A DNA stretch of 64,000 nucleotides from Octopus sinensis (Eukaryota): positions 12,598,464 through 12,662,463 of the forward strand of contig NC_043011.1 of assembly GCF_006345805.1 (NCBI RefSeq), given 5' to 3'. Made by a program: the position numbers and the translations under genes. This document shows positions 53,127 to 64,000 of this stretch, in pieces. How positions within the stretch are numbered: the first letter of the stretch is position 1; every line of letters begins with the position of its first letter. Below the pieces are notes generated by a model. That model saw only the letters and a program-made list of their open reading frames with translations. It had not been told where the DNA came from and did no database searches.

Positions 53127-53650
53127 TTTTCGTCCTAAAAAACTTTGTATGGATTGAATGGTTGCCTCTATGGAAATATATACACGCACATTATACATAC
53201 ATGTGTGTATAGATGAATATATAAATACATTTAAATATCTATATACACTTTTGGGCGATCTTTCTTTTTCTTAGAGATAACTTTAGATCTTATTTTCGTC
53301 CTAAAAAACTTTGTATGGAGTGAATGGTTACCTCTATGGAAATATATACACACACGTTATACATACATGTGTGCATAGATGAATATATAAATACATTTAT
53401 ATATCTATATACACTTTTGGGCGATCTTTGTGCTACTTAGAGATAACTTTAGATCTTATTTTCGTCCTAAAAAACTTTGTGCGGAGTGAATGGTTACGTC
53501 TATGGAAATATATACACACACATTATACATACATCTGTGTATAGATGAATATATAAATACATTTAAATATCTATATACACTTTTCGGCGATCTTTCTGCT
53601 ACTTGGATATACTTTAGATCTTATATTCGTCCTAAAAAACTTTGTATGAA
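53127..53650. repeat. Tandem repeat, unit about 166 bp, about 3.1 copies
   Basis: cgtcctaaaaaac anchor at 53131, 53297, 53463 and 53628. Confidence 0.95.
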
Positions 53651-53959
53651 TTGAAAAAGAAAATGAATTGAAATTTTTAAGAAAGGAATTTGTTTACATA
53701 CATGTGTGAAATGGCAAATGTTTGTGCAGTTGTCCGAAATGGAACCAGGGTAAATGTGTGGAATAGTCCTTCTTGTTGTGAATATTAATTTGATGAATAT
53801 GAACTGAAAACCAGTGGTGTAGCAAAAAGGATGACCAGTCTGACTGGCTCATCCTTGTCACACACTCACACACACGCACACACACACACACACACACGCA
53901 CCCCCCCACACACACACGCACACACACACACACTCACACACACACACACACACACACGT

Positions 53960-54624
53960 TAGCTTACAATTTTATTTATATATTTGCGTGTCTATGTGTG
54001 TAAAGAGGAAGTGGGAGTAATATGCAGAGTAAAGGCTTTGAAGTGAAATGGTAGTTTTCTCGAATTTTTTCTGAAATGGGGGTGAAATTGAAAGAAATTT
54101 TGTATGTCATGACCGAATGGAAGTACTTTGAAAAATCATAGGTAAACTCTAATTGAAGAAATTGTGTGAGGAGTAAATCGTTATGTATTTATTTGTTTCT
54201 GTTTGTTGTGTTTTTTTTTTGAGTAGTGGTTTAAGGTACACTTGCAAAGAGAAAGTATGAGAAATTATGGTGATAGCATGAGTGATCCATTTTATATAAA
54301 TACTTTCACTTTAATCGTTGCGCACTTGCAAAGAGAAAGGAGGAGAAATTAGGGTGATAGCATGAGTAAAGCAGTTCGCTCCGTTTTTGTGTGTGTGTGT
54401 GCTGTAGCCCACACTAAGAAAAGCACTTCACTTACACACCACAATGTGAGTTTTCTCGAAATTTTGCTTAATTGGGGTTGAAATTTGAAAAACTGTACCT
54501 GGCACAACCCGATGTATTCTACTCTTAAAAATGCTAGGTAAATTGTAATTGAAGAAATCCTATATTGTAAATTTCTATAAGAGACAAAGGGAGGCAGATA
54601 AAATCTGCCTTTTATAATAAGAGA
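53960..54624 (-). mobile_element. Possible non-autonomous Helitron-like element (5' end only)
   Basis: Minus strand starts A|TCTCTTATTATAAAAGGC and has internal duplicated blocks. The 3' end was not securely identified. Confidence 0.4.
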
Positions 54625-55009
54625 TATATACATACATAACCATACATACACACGACTGTAATTAAAAGTTGAGTTGACAACTCTACAATTAAACACGGGA
54701 TATATTCAAAGCCTCCATGGACCCAGACAAAAAATGCATGAAATAGATTCAAAAGTTAGTACGTGATGAGTGGTAGATATCAAAAGTATTTGACAACATG
54801 TCAACAAGATGTTATGGAAGCATAAGGCAGAGAAATATCAACTAGAACATATTCTGCCTCTCTTCATATGTATCTTTATCTCTATATCCATACTTAGATA
54901 TCAAAGTGAAACATATATTTTTTTAATATATATATTTCTATTGTAAACAGATAATACTTACTTAAATGTGAAAATCTGGTTTGGAGAAAACAAAGCAATA
55001 ATCACTTAC

Positions 55010-55043
55010 TGATGCAGTCTTTCAGCAAAAACTGTGTACTTAC
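55010..55043 (-). other. Candidate 34-nt exon starting with a regenerated donor (recursive splice site)
   Basis: TTCTAAT branchpoint (55073-55067), 20-nt polypyrimidine tract, CAG|GTAAGT at 55044/55043, and a second GTAAGT at 55009. Reads (G)KYTVFAERLH in phase 1. Confidence 0.45.
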
Positions 55044-56336
55044 CTGAAAAATATGAAAAAAGAAAGATTAGAAGATAAAGTACAAAAAATTTGCTCTAAG
55101 AATATAAGCTTTTTTCAGAAAAACAATATATTAGTTTCTTAATTATTTTGCTTCTTATTAACAACGATGTAGTTGAAATGTTGTCTTGCACTGAATTTCA
55201 CAAACATCCACAACAAATGCCGAACATTCTATTTGATTAAAAAAGTAAACAGTAAAATTCAGCACTTTCAGCATTTGTGTTGCCAGTGGCAAATTTCATA
55301 GGAAAAATGTAATACAATGTTAAATTCTTATTATTGCCCTTAATTATCAAAATTAATTGTTTTCACACAGTGTATATACTGAGTGGAGTATGTGTATGTA
55401 TTATGTATGTAAGCATCTGTGCATGGCTATATGTGTTTGTGTAAATATCAAAAAATAATCTTTGGTAAAAAGAATAATACATGTTTTGTGTATTATTCTG
55501 TAGATTTCATTTTTTTCAATAGAAACTGGAGCTGAAATAAGTAAGAGTTTGATAGTTTATATAGTGCTAGTGCATGCATATACAGCTGCGTGCATGCGCA
55601 CATACACGCGAATTCTGTCCAAATCTCAGACCAATCACTTACAGCTACCAAACATTCAATTGGCGTATCAAGTTTTGGGCATTTTGATTGGATTTTGGAT
55701 AGAAAATTCACAAAAAAGTCACTTCTATTGATTTTTTTAATGGCTTTGCGGTGTTGACTGGGGAAATGTAAAAATGTGCACGACCACCCTTGGACAGTTT
55801 TGAATGACCATAGAGAGTGCAAGCTCTCTAACTGAAAAATTGTGGATTTGTATAAAGGACACACATGCAGACATTTTGCCGTTTATAGAGATAGAGACAT
55901 AGAGATACTGGCATTCCACATTTTAGCAGTTAAAATTAATGACACTTTAAAGAGGCTAAGAAATTTGAAAATTTTCAGAGTTGTACCAAGTTTCCAAATA
56001 CGCTGACTTGAAAGTGAGATTGTATCAGTGACCAGGTTATAAACAAATGACAATGTCTAATGACACTTTATAATAAATAAACTCATAATATCACAGCATT
56101 GATCTTCCCAATGAATACAGTTAGGGGGGATTTTCTTGAAGGATACAGTCATGAGTGCTCATATGAGCATCCATTCTATTCAGACAAATAAGATGTGCTA
56201 TAATGGTCATGTCATATATAGTGTGGGTATTTGTATTATCTCTCTATATAATATTGATTGCTTGCATGTTTGTTTGTCACCTATGTTCTGAAAAACCAGT
56301 AGACTCAAACTTGATATGTGAATTCCTTAGACTTAA

Positions 56337-56553
56337 CCCTTTTGTTACCAACCCGGCTGAAACCGTCTCTGGCTCTGAGTACAAATGTCTTGTTTTCATG
56401 AGTTTTGAATTAAAATCTTCCACCAAACCTTAATCATAATTTATGTTCCTAACACTAGCTGAATGATAAAGTTATTTTACTAAATTCTTTGTTATATTTA
56501 AAGTAATTGAAAGAAACACAGATCATCTCAAAATAAATACGGTAACAAAAGGG
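56337..56553. mobile_element. piggyBac-type MITE
   Basis: TTAA on both sides (56333-56336, 56554-56557); perfect 13-bp TIR CCCTTTTGTTACC. Confidence 0.9.
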
Positions 56554-57593
56554 TTAAGATTAAGTCTTAATCTTGGGCCCTGTCCATAGTGGGAGGGGGC
56601 ATATATTTCAGCCTCATGAATAAAATTGTAAAAATTATGGAAAAACCTGAATTCCTCCATAAGTTTCATGATTATGTGAAAAAGTGTTTATGGTCTGAAT
56701 GCATTAAAAATACTATAACAATCTGAATAATATTTCTGAAAACTATTGCCATTCTCTTTGAGTGTGTAAAATACAAATTTAACTGGAACAAAATGAGTAA
56801 GCCACAATAAGGTAAGTTTGTTACTTTAATTCTCCAGAATTACATTTGAAAACAGTCTTATACAAATCAGTATCCATCTTTAGCCATCAGAAAGATCAGA
56901 AATGCAATAAAAAGTTAAAATATTTAGGTGAAATGAAAGAGGATCATGGAAAAATAGCACATGATATGAAATTAACATAACTTGACTAAATCAAAAAACA
57001 ATATAAAATATTCTCTATGGTTTCTTCACGATCTTCTGGAGTAGCTTTCTTCCTGACATATTTATGCATCATGCAGTTATAGAGAATAGATTATTGAAAA
57101 TTAGTCATAACTCATTTTTCCCAATTTAGACATCATTTTTTGAAAATTAAAAGAATATTCAATTAGACATTAAATATGAGAAAAAAATTGACTTGAATTC
57201 AACAGAGAAAAGAACAGTGATTGTTGAACACCAAAAATTATCCAGATATTTTATTAGCGACTTCAGTTATAATAGGATCAAAGATGAGGAAAAGTTTCTT
57301 GAAAAAAAAAACAAGTACCTGTTACTGTCACCTGACTAGGTTTCAAACTCTCTCAACAGCAACAACTGTACTGACCAATTTTTACTCCTAAAGATGATGT
57401 AACAGTACAAAATGATGATCTAATACAACGTAATGATTTCAAGCAAGTAGGGAGGAAATAGCAAGAGATCAGAAATGACTCATTTTATCTTCGTTACTAA
57501 TTTTGCTCCCCTCCCCACAATCAATCAATTGGAGTAAAAAAGCTTTTAGATTTTACTTCTGCTTGTACTTTATTATACAGTTAATACAGCCCA

Positions 57594-57925
57594 ACTGGCC
57601 TCCGTGCCGGTGGCACATAAAAAGCACCATCTGATCATGGCCGTTGCCAGCCTCTTATGGTCTCCGTGCTGGTGGCACGTAAAATGCACCATCCGATCAT
57701 GGCCGTTTGCCAGCCTCGTCTGGCACCTATGCTGGTGGCATGTAAAAAGCACCCACTACACTCATGGAGTGGTTGGTGTTAGGAAGGGCATCCAGCTGTA
57801 GAAACACTGCCAGATCAGACTGGGCCTGGTGCAGCCTTCTGGCTTCCCAGGCCCCAGTTGAACCGTCCAACCCATGCTAGCATGGAAAGCGGACGTTAAA
57901 CGATGATGATGATGGTGATGATGAT
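57594..57925 (+). mobile_element. Family A repeat
   Basis: Three hairpin modules, core and (GAT)n tail. Confidence 0.85.
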
Positions 57926-57976
57926 ACTCCTGTAATAAGAATAATGATCCTGATTTTGATTTAATATAAACTATGT

Positions 57977-58096
57977 TGGCCTGCTCGCTTAGCCAGCAGG
58001 GTGGCATCATTTGGAGGCTAAAACAATGTGAAGCACATTGTGACCAGCGATGTGTAGCAACATCTGATAGCCTGGTCGGTCATGGTGATCACGGTG
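57977..58096 (+). mobile_element. 5'-truncated copy of SINE D tail type iv
   Basis: Matches about 32622-32745; 11-bp TSD ATAAACTATGT at 57966-57976 and 58097-58107. Confidence 0.85.
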
Positions 58097-58520
58097 ATAA
58101 ACTATGTACTCATACTCAGATGATAATTTAATTTACTTATAAATTCATTGTGGATTAGCTTTATTATTATGATTAGGAAAGACCTTATGAACTTTCCAAT
58201 ATATTAAAGTACTCCATTTTTAAGGTTTAAGTTATCTATCCTTTTTCCTTTATATTGTTCTAAAATCCTTGTCTAAATTTTTATTATGATAAATTGGCTT
58301 AGTAACCCTTGGTTCTACTTCTCACCCTCAGAACTTACTTTGATCTCTTTTGTTTTCCACTTTATTCTCCTTTTATTTGATAATCTAGGTATGTACTAGC
58401 CTACCCTTGCCCTTCCTCCTTATAGTTATCACCTCTACCCCATTAGTCATTCACTTACTAGCAGCTCTGAGACATATCCCTTTATGTAGATAAAGCTAGA
58501 TATATGGCCCCAGTAAAATA

Positions 58521-58724
58521 TATTTCTTTACTACCAACAAGAGGCTAAACACAGAAGGGACAAACAAGGACATACAAAGGGATTAAGTCGATTATATTGA
58601 CCCCAGTACATAACTGGTACTTGTTTAATCGACCCCTAAAAGATGAAAGGCAAAGTCGACCTCGGCAGAATTTGAACTCAGAACGTTGCTGCAGACGAAA
58701 TATTGCTGAGCATTTTGCCCGGCA
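58521..58724 (-). mobile_element. SINE family C
   Basis: Reverse match to 37718-37950. Confidence 0.85.
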
Positions 58725-59345
58725 TAAAATAAGAGTCAGAAAGAGTATCTGACATTAATTAATTTATCATCATCAACTGGAACTTAACTGTCAACTCCCA
58801 ATGGATTTAATTCTGGTTGTAGACTATATGCTGCATAAAATCTTATAAAGATAAATATATATTAACTATCTCACCACTCCTTTTTCTTGACCCCCACTAT
58901 TTTCCTCTGCTACTCTCTAAATTATAGTAGGCTTTAGAAATGCATTTTCCCCTAAATTCATTTTGTCACTAGCATAGCAAAGGAAAGCAATGTAATTGTT
59001 TTGGTTTCTAGTATTGATGTAAATCGTGCTAAAAAATGGCTTGTCCTTCGTATTGGAAATCTATATGGTCGTCTGTACTGAGGAGAGCAGTTTCTTGCAA
59101 ATTGATGTAAATGTTTACATTGGTTGATTAAATGGAGCAATTTGAAATGGCCGTAATGCATTGATACCTGGACATTCTTGTTACTCACTTGCTTTTTATT
59201 CACCTAACTTCGAGCTGTGTGGACTATACCGAACTGGTTTGATGCCTCAATTTAAGTACCTAACTCAACTGAATCTTAATTATTTTATAAATATATAATA
59301 TTAGAGGAAAAATCAAAACCAAGGCAGAATGAGTATCTCAAGTCA

Positions 59346-59742
59346 TCTTTATATATAAAAGAGAGGTTGTGTGTCTGTCTCCTACGATTTAGATTCCTAA
59401 CTACTCCCACATTTTGCGGTGCAGTTTAACCAAAACCAGGTATCTTATAGTCGTGATTCATATCGAGCCCTTCTGGGTATTAGTGAGCGTCTACGATGAG
59501 TCTACGATTTAAAAAAAATTTACCATCATTTTTTCCATTTTAATGCATTTTTTTCGCTATTATATAAGGGAAGTAACTCTCTAAAAATGTCTACGATGAG
59601 TCAACGATTTAAAAAAATATTTACCATAATTTTTTTCCCATTTTTAATGCATTTTTTTGCTATTTTTTGCCTATAACTCTCTAAAAATGCTTATATAGTT
59701 ATTTCCCTTACAAACCCGAGCAACGCCGGGCGATACTGCTAG
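59346..59742 (+). mobile_element. Non-autonomous Helitron (same family as 52282-53126)
   Basis: A|TC start, about 220 bp of shared 5' arm, internal duplication, cccgagcaacgccggg hairpin and CTAG|T end. Confidence 0.95.
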
Positions 59743-59784
59743 TTTAGAATAATTTAATTAGGGTCAGGTGAATTTGAAGTTTTA

Positions 59785-60769
59785 TGGGCCGTGACTGCTG
59801 AGGACATGCGTAAGCTCATGAGGAATGAAGCCAGTATGCTCCGATGGATGTGTAATGTCAGTGTACTTACTCGACAGAGCGTTAGTTCCTTGAGAGAAAT
59901 GTTGTACCTAAGAAGCATCAGTTGTGGTGTGCAAGAGAGACGATTGCGCTGGTATGGTCATGTGGCGAGAATGGATGAAGATAGGTGTGTGAGAAAGTGC
60001 CAATCCCTAGCAGTTGAGGGAACCCGTGGAAGAGGTAGACCCAGGAAAACCTGGGATGAGGTGGTGAAGCACGACCTTCGAACGTTAGGTCTCACCATGG
60101 AAATGACAAGAGACCGAGACCTATGGAAGTATGCTGTGCGTGAGAAGACCCGGCAAGACTAGTGAAGCCATAACCCGTGGCCCCCACCTGGGACATAATC
60201 AGTCCACCTGTGCATACCTTCCTGCTTGTGACACTTGTGAAGACCTGTTGAGGCAAGTGAAAATCAAATCAAACCAAATCAAAATAGATGAACATCAATG
60301 GAATTTGTATCCTTGTGGTACCAGTGCCGGTGGCACATAAGAAAACCATCCGAACGGGACCGTAGCCAGTACCGCATCGACTGGCCTCCGTGCTGTGGAC
60401 ACGTAACAAACACCTTCCGATCGTGGACGTTCGCCAGCCTCGTCTGCACCTGTGTCGGTGGCACATAAGAAAACACCGAAAACACCATCCGAGCGTGGCG
60501 ATCTGCCAGCCTCGTCTGGCACCTGTGTCGGTGGCACATAAAAAACACCATCCGAGTGTGGCCGTCTGCCAGCCTCGTCTGGCACCTGTGTCGGTGGCAC
60601 ATAAAATCACCCACTACACTCTCGGAGTGGTTGGCGTTAGGAAGGGCATCCAACTGTAGAAACACTGCCAGATCTGACTGGCCTGGTGCAGCCTTCGGGC
60701 TTGCCAGACCCCAGTTGAACCGTCCAACCCATGCTAGCATGGAAAGCGGACGTTAAACGATGATGATGA
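59785..60769 (+). mobile_element. 5'-truncated RTE-clade LINE; source of the family A repeat
   Basis: ORF 59791-60162 (MLRWMC...RRLRWYGHVARM...GRGRPRKTW) is an RTE RT C-terminus. The 3' UTR has five hairpin modules and a (GAT)n tail. Confidence 0.92.
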
Positions 60770-60984
60770 CTGCTGTTTCTGGGATAACCCAGGTGATTGG
60801 TTAACATATCTGTGTACTGGGTGTTCCGTCATCAAAGGCAAGGTATGAATATTTTAGACAGGGAAAAATTTAGTTTACAAGGAATAAAAGTCATGGTTTA
60901 TAAGGAATAAAATAGAATAAAAAGTAAAAGTAGTTTGAAGAATAAAGGCAGGAGAATAATGTTCAGCGTTTTTGGTTCTTCTTT

Positions 60985-61400
60985 GGACGGTCAGACAAGT
61001 GGGACTTAAACATGTCCCACACCAGTAGTGATGGTGGTTTTAATAATTCACATGGCCCACAAGCTCATACATTAGAAATGCATTTAATACAACTATCATG
61101 CTCTACCCTTTCTCTTGAGCATGGACTACAAAGAAAAATTTCTACCCAGAGGGTAGATATTTTTCTTTGGCATTATTTTCCACTTAAAAGTTAAATTACC
61201 ATGTGAGGTAATTTTGTGCCTTCTGCTGCACATGGTAACACTACAGTGAGATACTGTTTTCCATGCCCTCTTTGTCTTGGTGAGAAAACATTTTGTTCCT
61301 ACAACATTGACTGTCCTATTGCTGACGATGTTGAAAAGCATTTGCAGTTTAGCTGAGATTGTATTCACATCTTTTTCACATATTAGGAAACTCTGGAACT
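60985..61400 (-). mobile_element. pogo/Tigger-like transposase remnant
   Basis: Minus-strand pieces SNRTVNVVGTK, GHGKQYLTVVLPCAAEGTKLPHMVI and LKPPSLLVWDMFKSHL match pogo-type DDE motifs. Confidence 0.8.
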
Positions 61401-62345
61401 TAGTTATTTTTTTTCAAAATTCTCTGTCTCAATATCAAATTCTCTTGCTTCATATATCTTGAACACCAACCCATTGTTACTTTAAAGTCTCTCGACAGCT
61501 GTTTCTTCTTATTGGCTTATTTTAATGGCTGAAGACAGATGAGAGACTTCATCACCATCATGCCTCTCTGTTTTTGGTCTTCTATCCAATTTAATATCAC
61601 TGTATCTAAATCTGACCTCTATTTGCATACTCATCTCTCGCTACTGTTTTAAAAATTTCCTAAAATTTTCACCATTCTCTAACTTATTTTTTGTTGATAA
61701 CGAACCCATTTTCGTATTTCATTTATTTTCATTGTGGCTGCAATAAAAATAAATGTCCCTCAAGAAAACATCACAAGACCAGTTATGTTTCCTTGGGGGA
61801 CAATTGTTCAGAATAACAGAGATGCATGACTACAAAGGTTGGTTGTCTGTTTTAATAGATCTTTGACAGCCTTTCAACTTCATTTTAATTGTCATTTTGA
61901 TAAACCTATAATAACAAGAAAGATTTATTTGTTGTTATTAATTTATTGAAATACTGATACTAATTAACTCAGTTTATAATGAATTAAACAAATTGATTTT
62001 TATTTATTCAATTCATAATTCGAAAATAACCTTGATGTTGTTAAAATAAAATAGGTTTTTCCACATTCGGCATTCTATATGTTAAATTCTTCCCACCACG
62101 TTATCGAAATTCTCAGAGTCCCCCTGCCCATTATTTTGATGATAAACACATTCACTTCACTATGAATTTACGATTTGCAAAAATTCATATTTCTTAACCT
62201 GAAATTATTCTTCAGATTGATCAGTTGGTTATTGCATACAATGCCATTGGCTTATAAACCAGTAATATAAAAAAACTAACGTTTTTGGACTAATAAATCC
62301 ACCTCAGGCTATACACTGCCTTTTAAAGTTTTATATATATATAAA

Positions 62346-62757
62346 GGCACAGGAGTGGCTATGTGGTAAGTAGCTTGCTAACCAACCACATGGTTCCGGG
62401 TTCAGTCCCACTGCGTGGCATCTTGGGCACGTGTCTTCTGCTATAGCCCCGGGCTGACCAATGCCTTGTGAGTGGATTTGGTAGACAGAAACTGAAAGAA
62501 GCCTGTCGAATATATATATATGTATGTATGTGTGTGCGTGTGTTTGTGTGTCTGTGTTTGTCCCCCTAGCATTGCTTGACAACCGATGCTGGTGTGTTTA
62601 CGTCCCCGTAACTTAGCGGTTCGGCAAAAGAGACCGATAGAATAAGTACTGGGCTTACAAAGAATAAGTCCCAGAGTCGATTTGCTCGACTAAAGGCAGT
62701 GCTCCAGCATGGCCGCAGTCAAATGACTGAAACAAGTAAAAGAATAAAAGAATAAAA

Positions 62758-62760
<3 letters not shown>
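62346..62760 (+). mobile_element. SINE family B
   Basis: Full-length copy. Confidence 0.9.
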
Positions 62761-62793
<33 letters not shown>

Positions 62794-63572
62794 ACCACAT
62801 ATTTTAAAAAATGTTTACTATGCCCTTCCGGTAATGCATGCATATCGAGTCCCTTCATACTGGGTCCTGCTCTGAGGGAAATCTCCAAGACTGAGGTACA
62901 GTTTGTGTAAGTAACATTTTTCTTTTAATTTCTACTTGGCAAACTATTGAATATTCAAATATGTCTACTAAAGTCATTCAAAATTTTTCATAGCATTTTG
63001 TTTTTTAATTCATTATCAGTAATAGTGTTTTCTTCTTGCTTATTTCATACTAATAATATTATGTTTTAAGCCTGTTTTCTTTGCTGACAACGTTTTGTGT
63101 CGAAATTTTTCTTCTTATTACAACTTATGCCAGTCGTACCTATATTAGAAAGGATTATTACAGCTTCTGTTTCATTGTCTTTTTAACATATCATATTTTT
63201 CATTTGTTCATCATTGCTTTTTAAGAATACACGTTCTATTCGCAACAGCTTTGCAATATTTCATTTTATATTTGTCTGCTTTAAATTTTACGTTTTCAAC
63301 TGTTTGCACGCTTTGCATGCATTCATTTTTCTTTTTCAACACAAGAAATACTAAGATAACATTGTTATTATGCATCTATATGTCGGTTTGCTTCACTTAT
63401 TGTATTACTGCACATTATATATATATAAACAAAAAGCAATATTCTTTTACTTGTTTCAGTCACTTGGCTGCAGCCATGGTGGAGCACCACCTTAAAAAAA
63501 ACAAAAAAACAGCACTTTCCTTTCATTGGATTTGCATCAAAAGGGTAACAATAATGTGAATACATGTTTGTA

Positions 63573-63603
<31 letters not shown>

Positions 63604-63643
63604 CTCTATCTCTCTCTCTCTCTCTCTCTATTTATATTTATAT

Positions 63644-63846
63644 ATTCAAAATGCGACCGCATGTGTACCGTTGGCGATTTTTTTTCCTCTGTCTTCCTTT
63701 CTCTGGATCTTTCCTTTTCCTATGTTTCCGACAAAGAGCTCCACCCGAAACGTTAAACCTTCCTTGTTTCCTTCTTTCCTGAGCGTCCAATAATACTATA
63801 TTTGTTCCACGTTGTTGTGTTTTTTTGTGTTTTCATGTTTGGATTA

Positions 63847-63851
<5 letters not shown>
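63644..63851 (+). mobile_element. Family E micro-element with decayed hammerhead
   Basis: Collinear with 18672-18890 and has the same ends. Core at 63724-63758 reads GUUU-CCGACAA-AGAG-CUCCA-CCC-GAAA-CG-UU-AAAC. Confidence 0.75.
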
Positions 63852-63882
<31 letters not shown>

Positions 63883-63883
<1 letters not shown>

Positions 63884-64000
63884 CGGAGTAGATGAAACAG
63901 AGGCGGCTGAAGAAGGGGAATGTTCCTTGTGTTGTGTCCTGTACTCTATTTTTTCGTTGTTTAAGAAAAATGTCCATTTCTTTGGTTTTGTGTTTATGTT
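63883..64000 (+). mobile_element. Family F repeat (runs off the window)
   Basis: ggagtagatgaaacag...CTGAAGA(63907-63913)aggggaatgttccttgtgttg matches 21585-21770. Confidence 0.65.

Noticed and set aside
58958-59203. 81-aa minus-strand ORF
   Set aside because: No convincing acceptor and no recognisable motifs; cannot be separated from a chance ORF or an old repeat.
61012-61462. ORFs on both strands resembling exons
   Set aside because: The minus strand matches pogo-type transposase motifs.

Overview
AT-rich, repeat-saturated metazoan DNA. The SINE, microsatellite and RTE content strongly suggests an octopus (coleoid cephalopod) genome; this is an inference and no database search was run. It reads as the long-intron interior of a gene, probably on the minus strand. 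I can propose only a few candidate exons and cannot name the protein. Nearly all ORFs in the track are microsatellite artefacts or decayed transposon fragments. The window holds about 30 SINE or LINE-tail copies in four families (labelled A-D here), plus remnants of RTE and RLE-type LINEs, a Ty3/Gypsy element, a Penelope-like RT, two mariners, Tc1, pogo, a Chapaev3-like transposon, Helitrons and several MITEs. The most interesting signal was read by hand: three unrelated, apparently intact type I hammerhead ribozyme folds (18776-18810, 35474-35535, 41246-41339), all on the minus strand, in small elements next to (TA)n tracts. A decayed paralog and a Penelope-like RT remnant lie nearby, which suggests a family of ribozyme-bearing Penelope-dependent micro-retroelements. 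Other notable items are a textbook branchpoint-polypyrimidine-CAG|GTAAGT candidate recursive splice site (about 55044, minus strand), one tRNA-derived SINE head joined to four different tails, and several foldback hairpins anchored at (TA)n tracts. All folds, alignments and family names come from manual reading and need computational or experimental confirmation. Boundaries of degenerate repeats are approximate.
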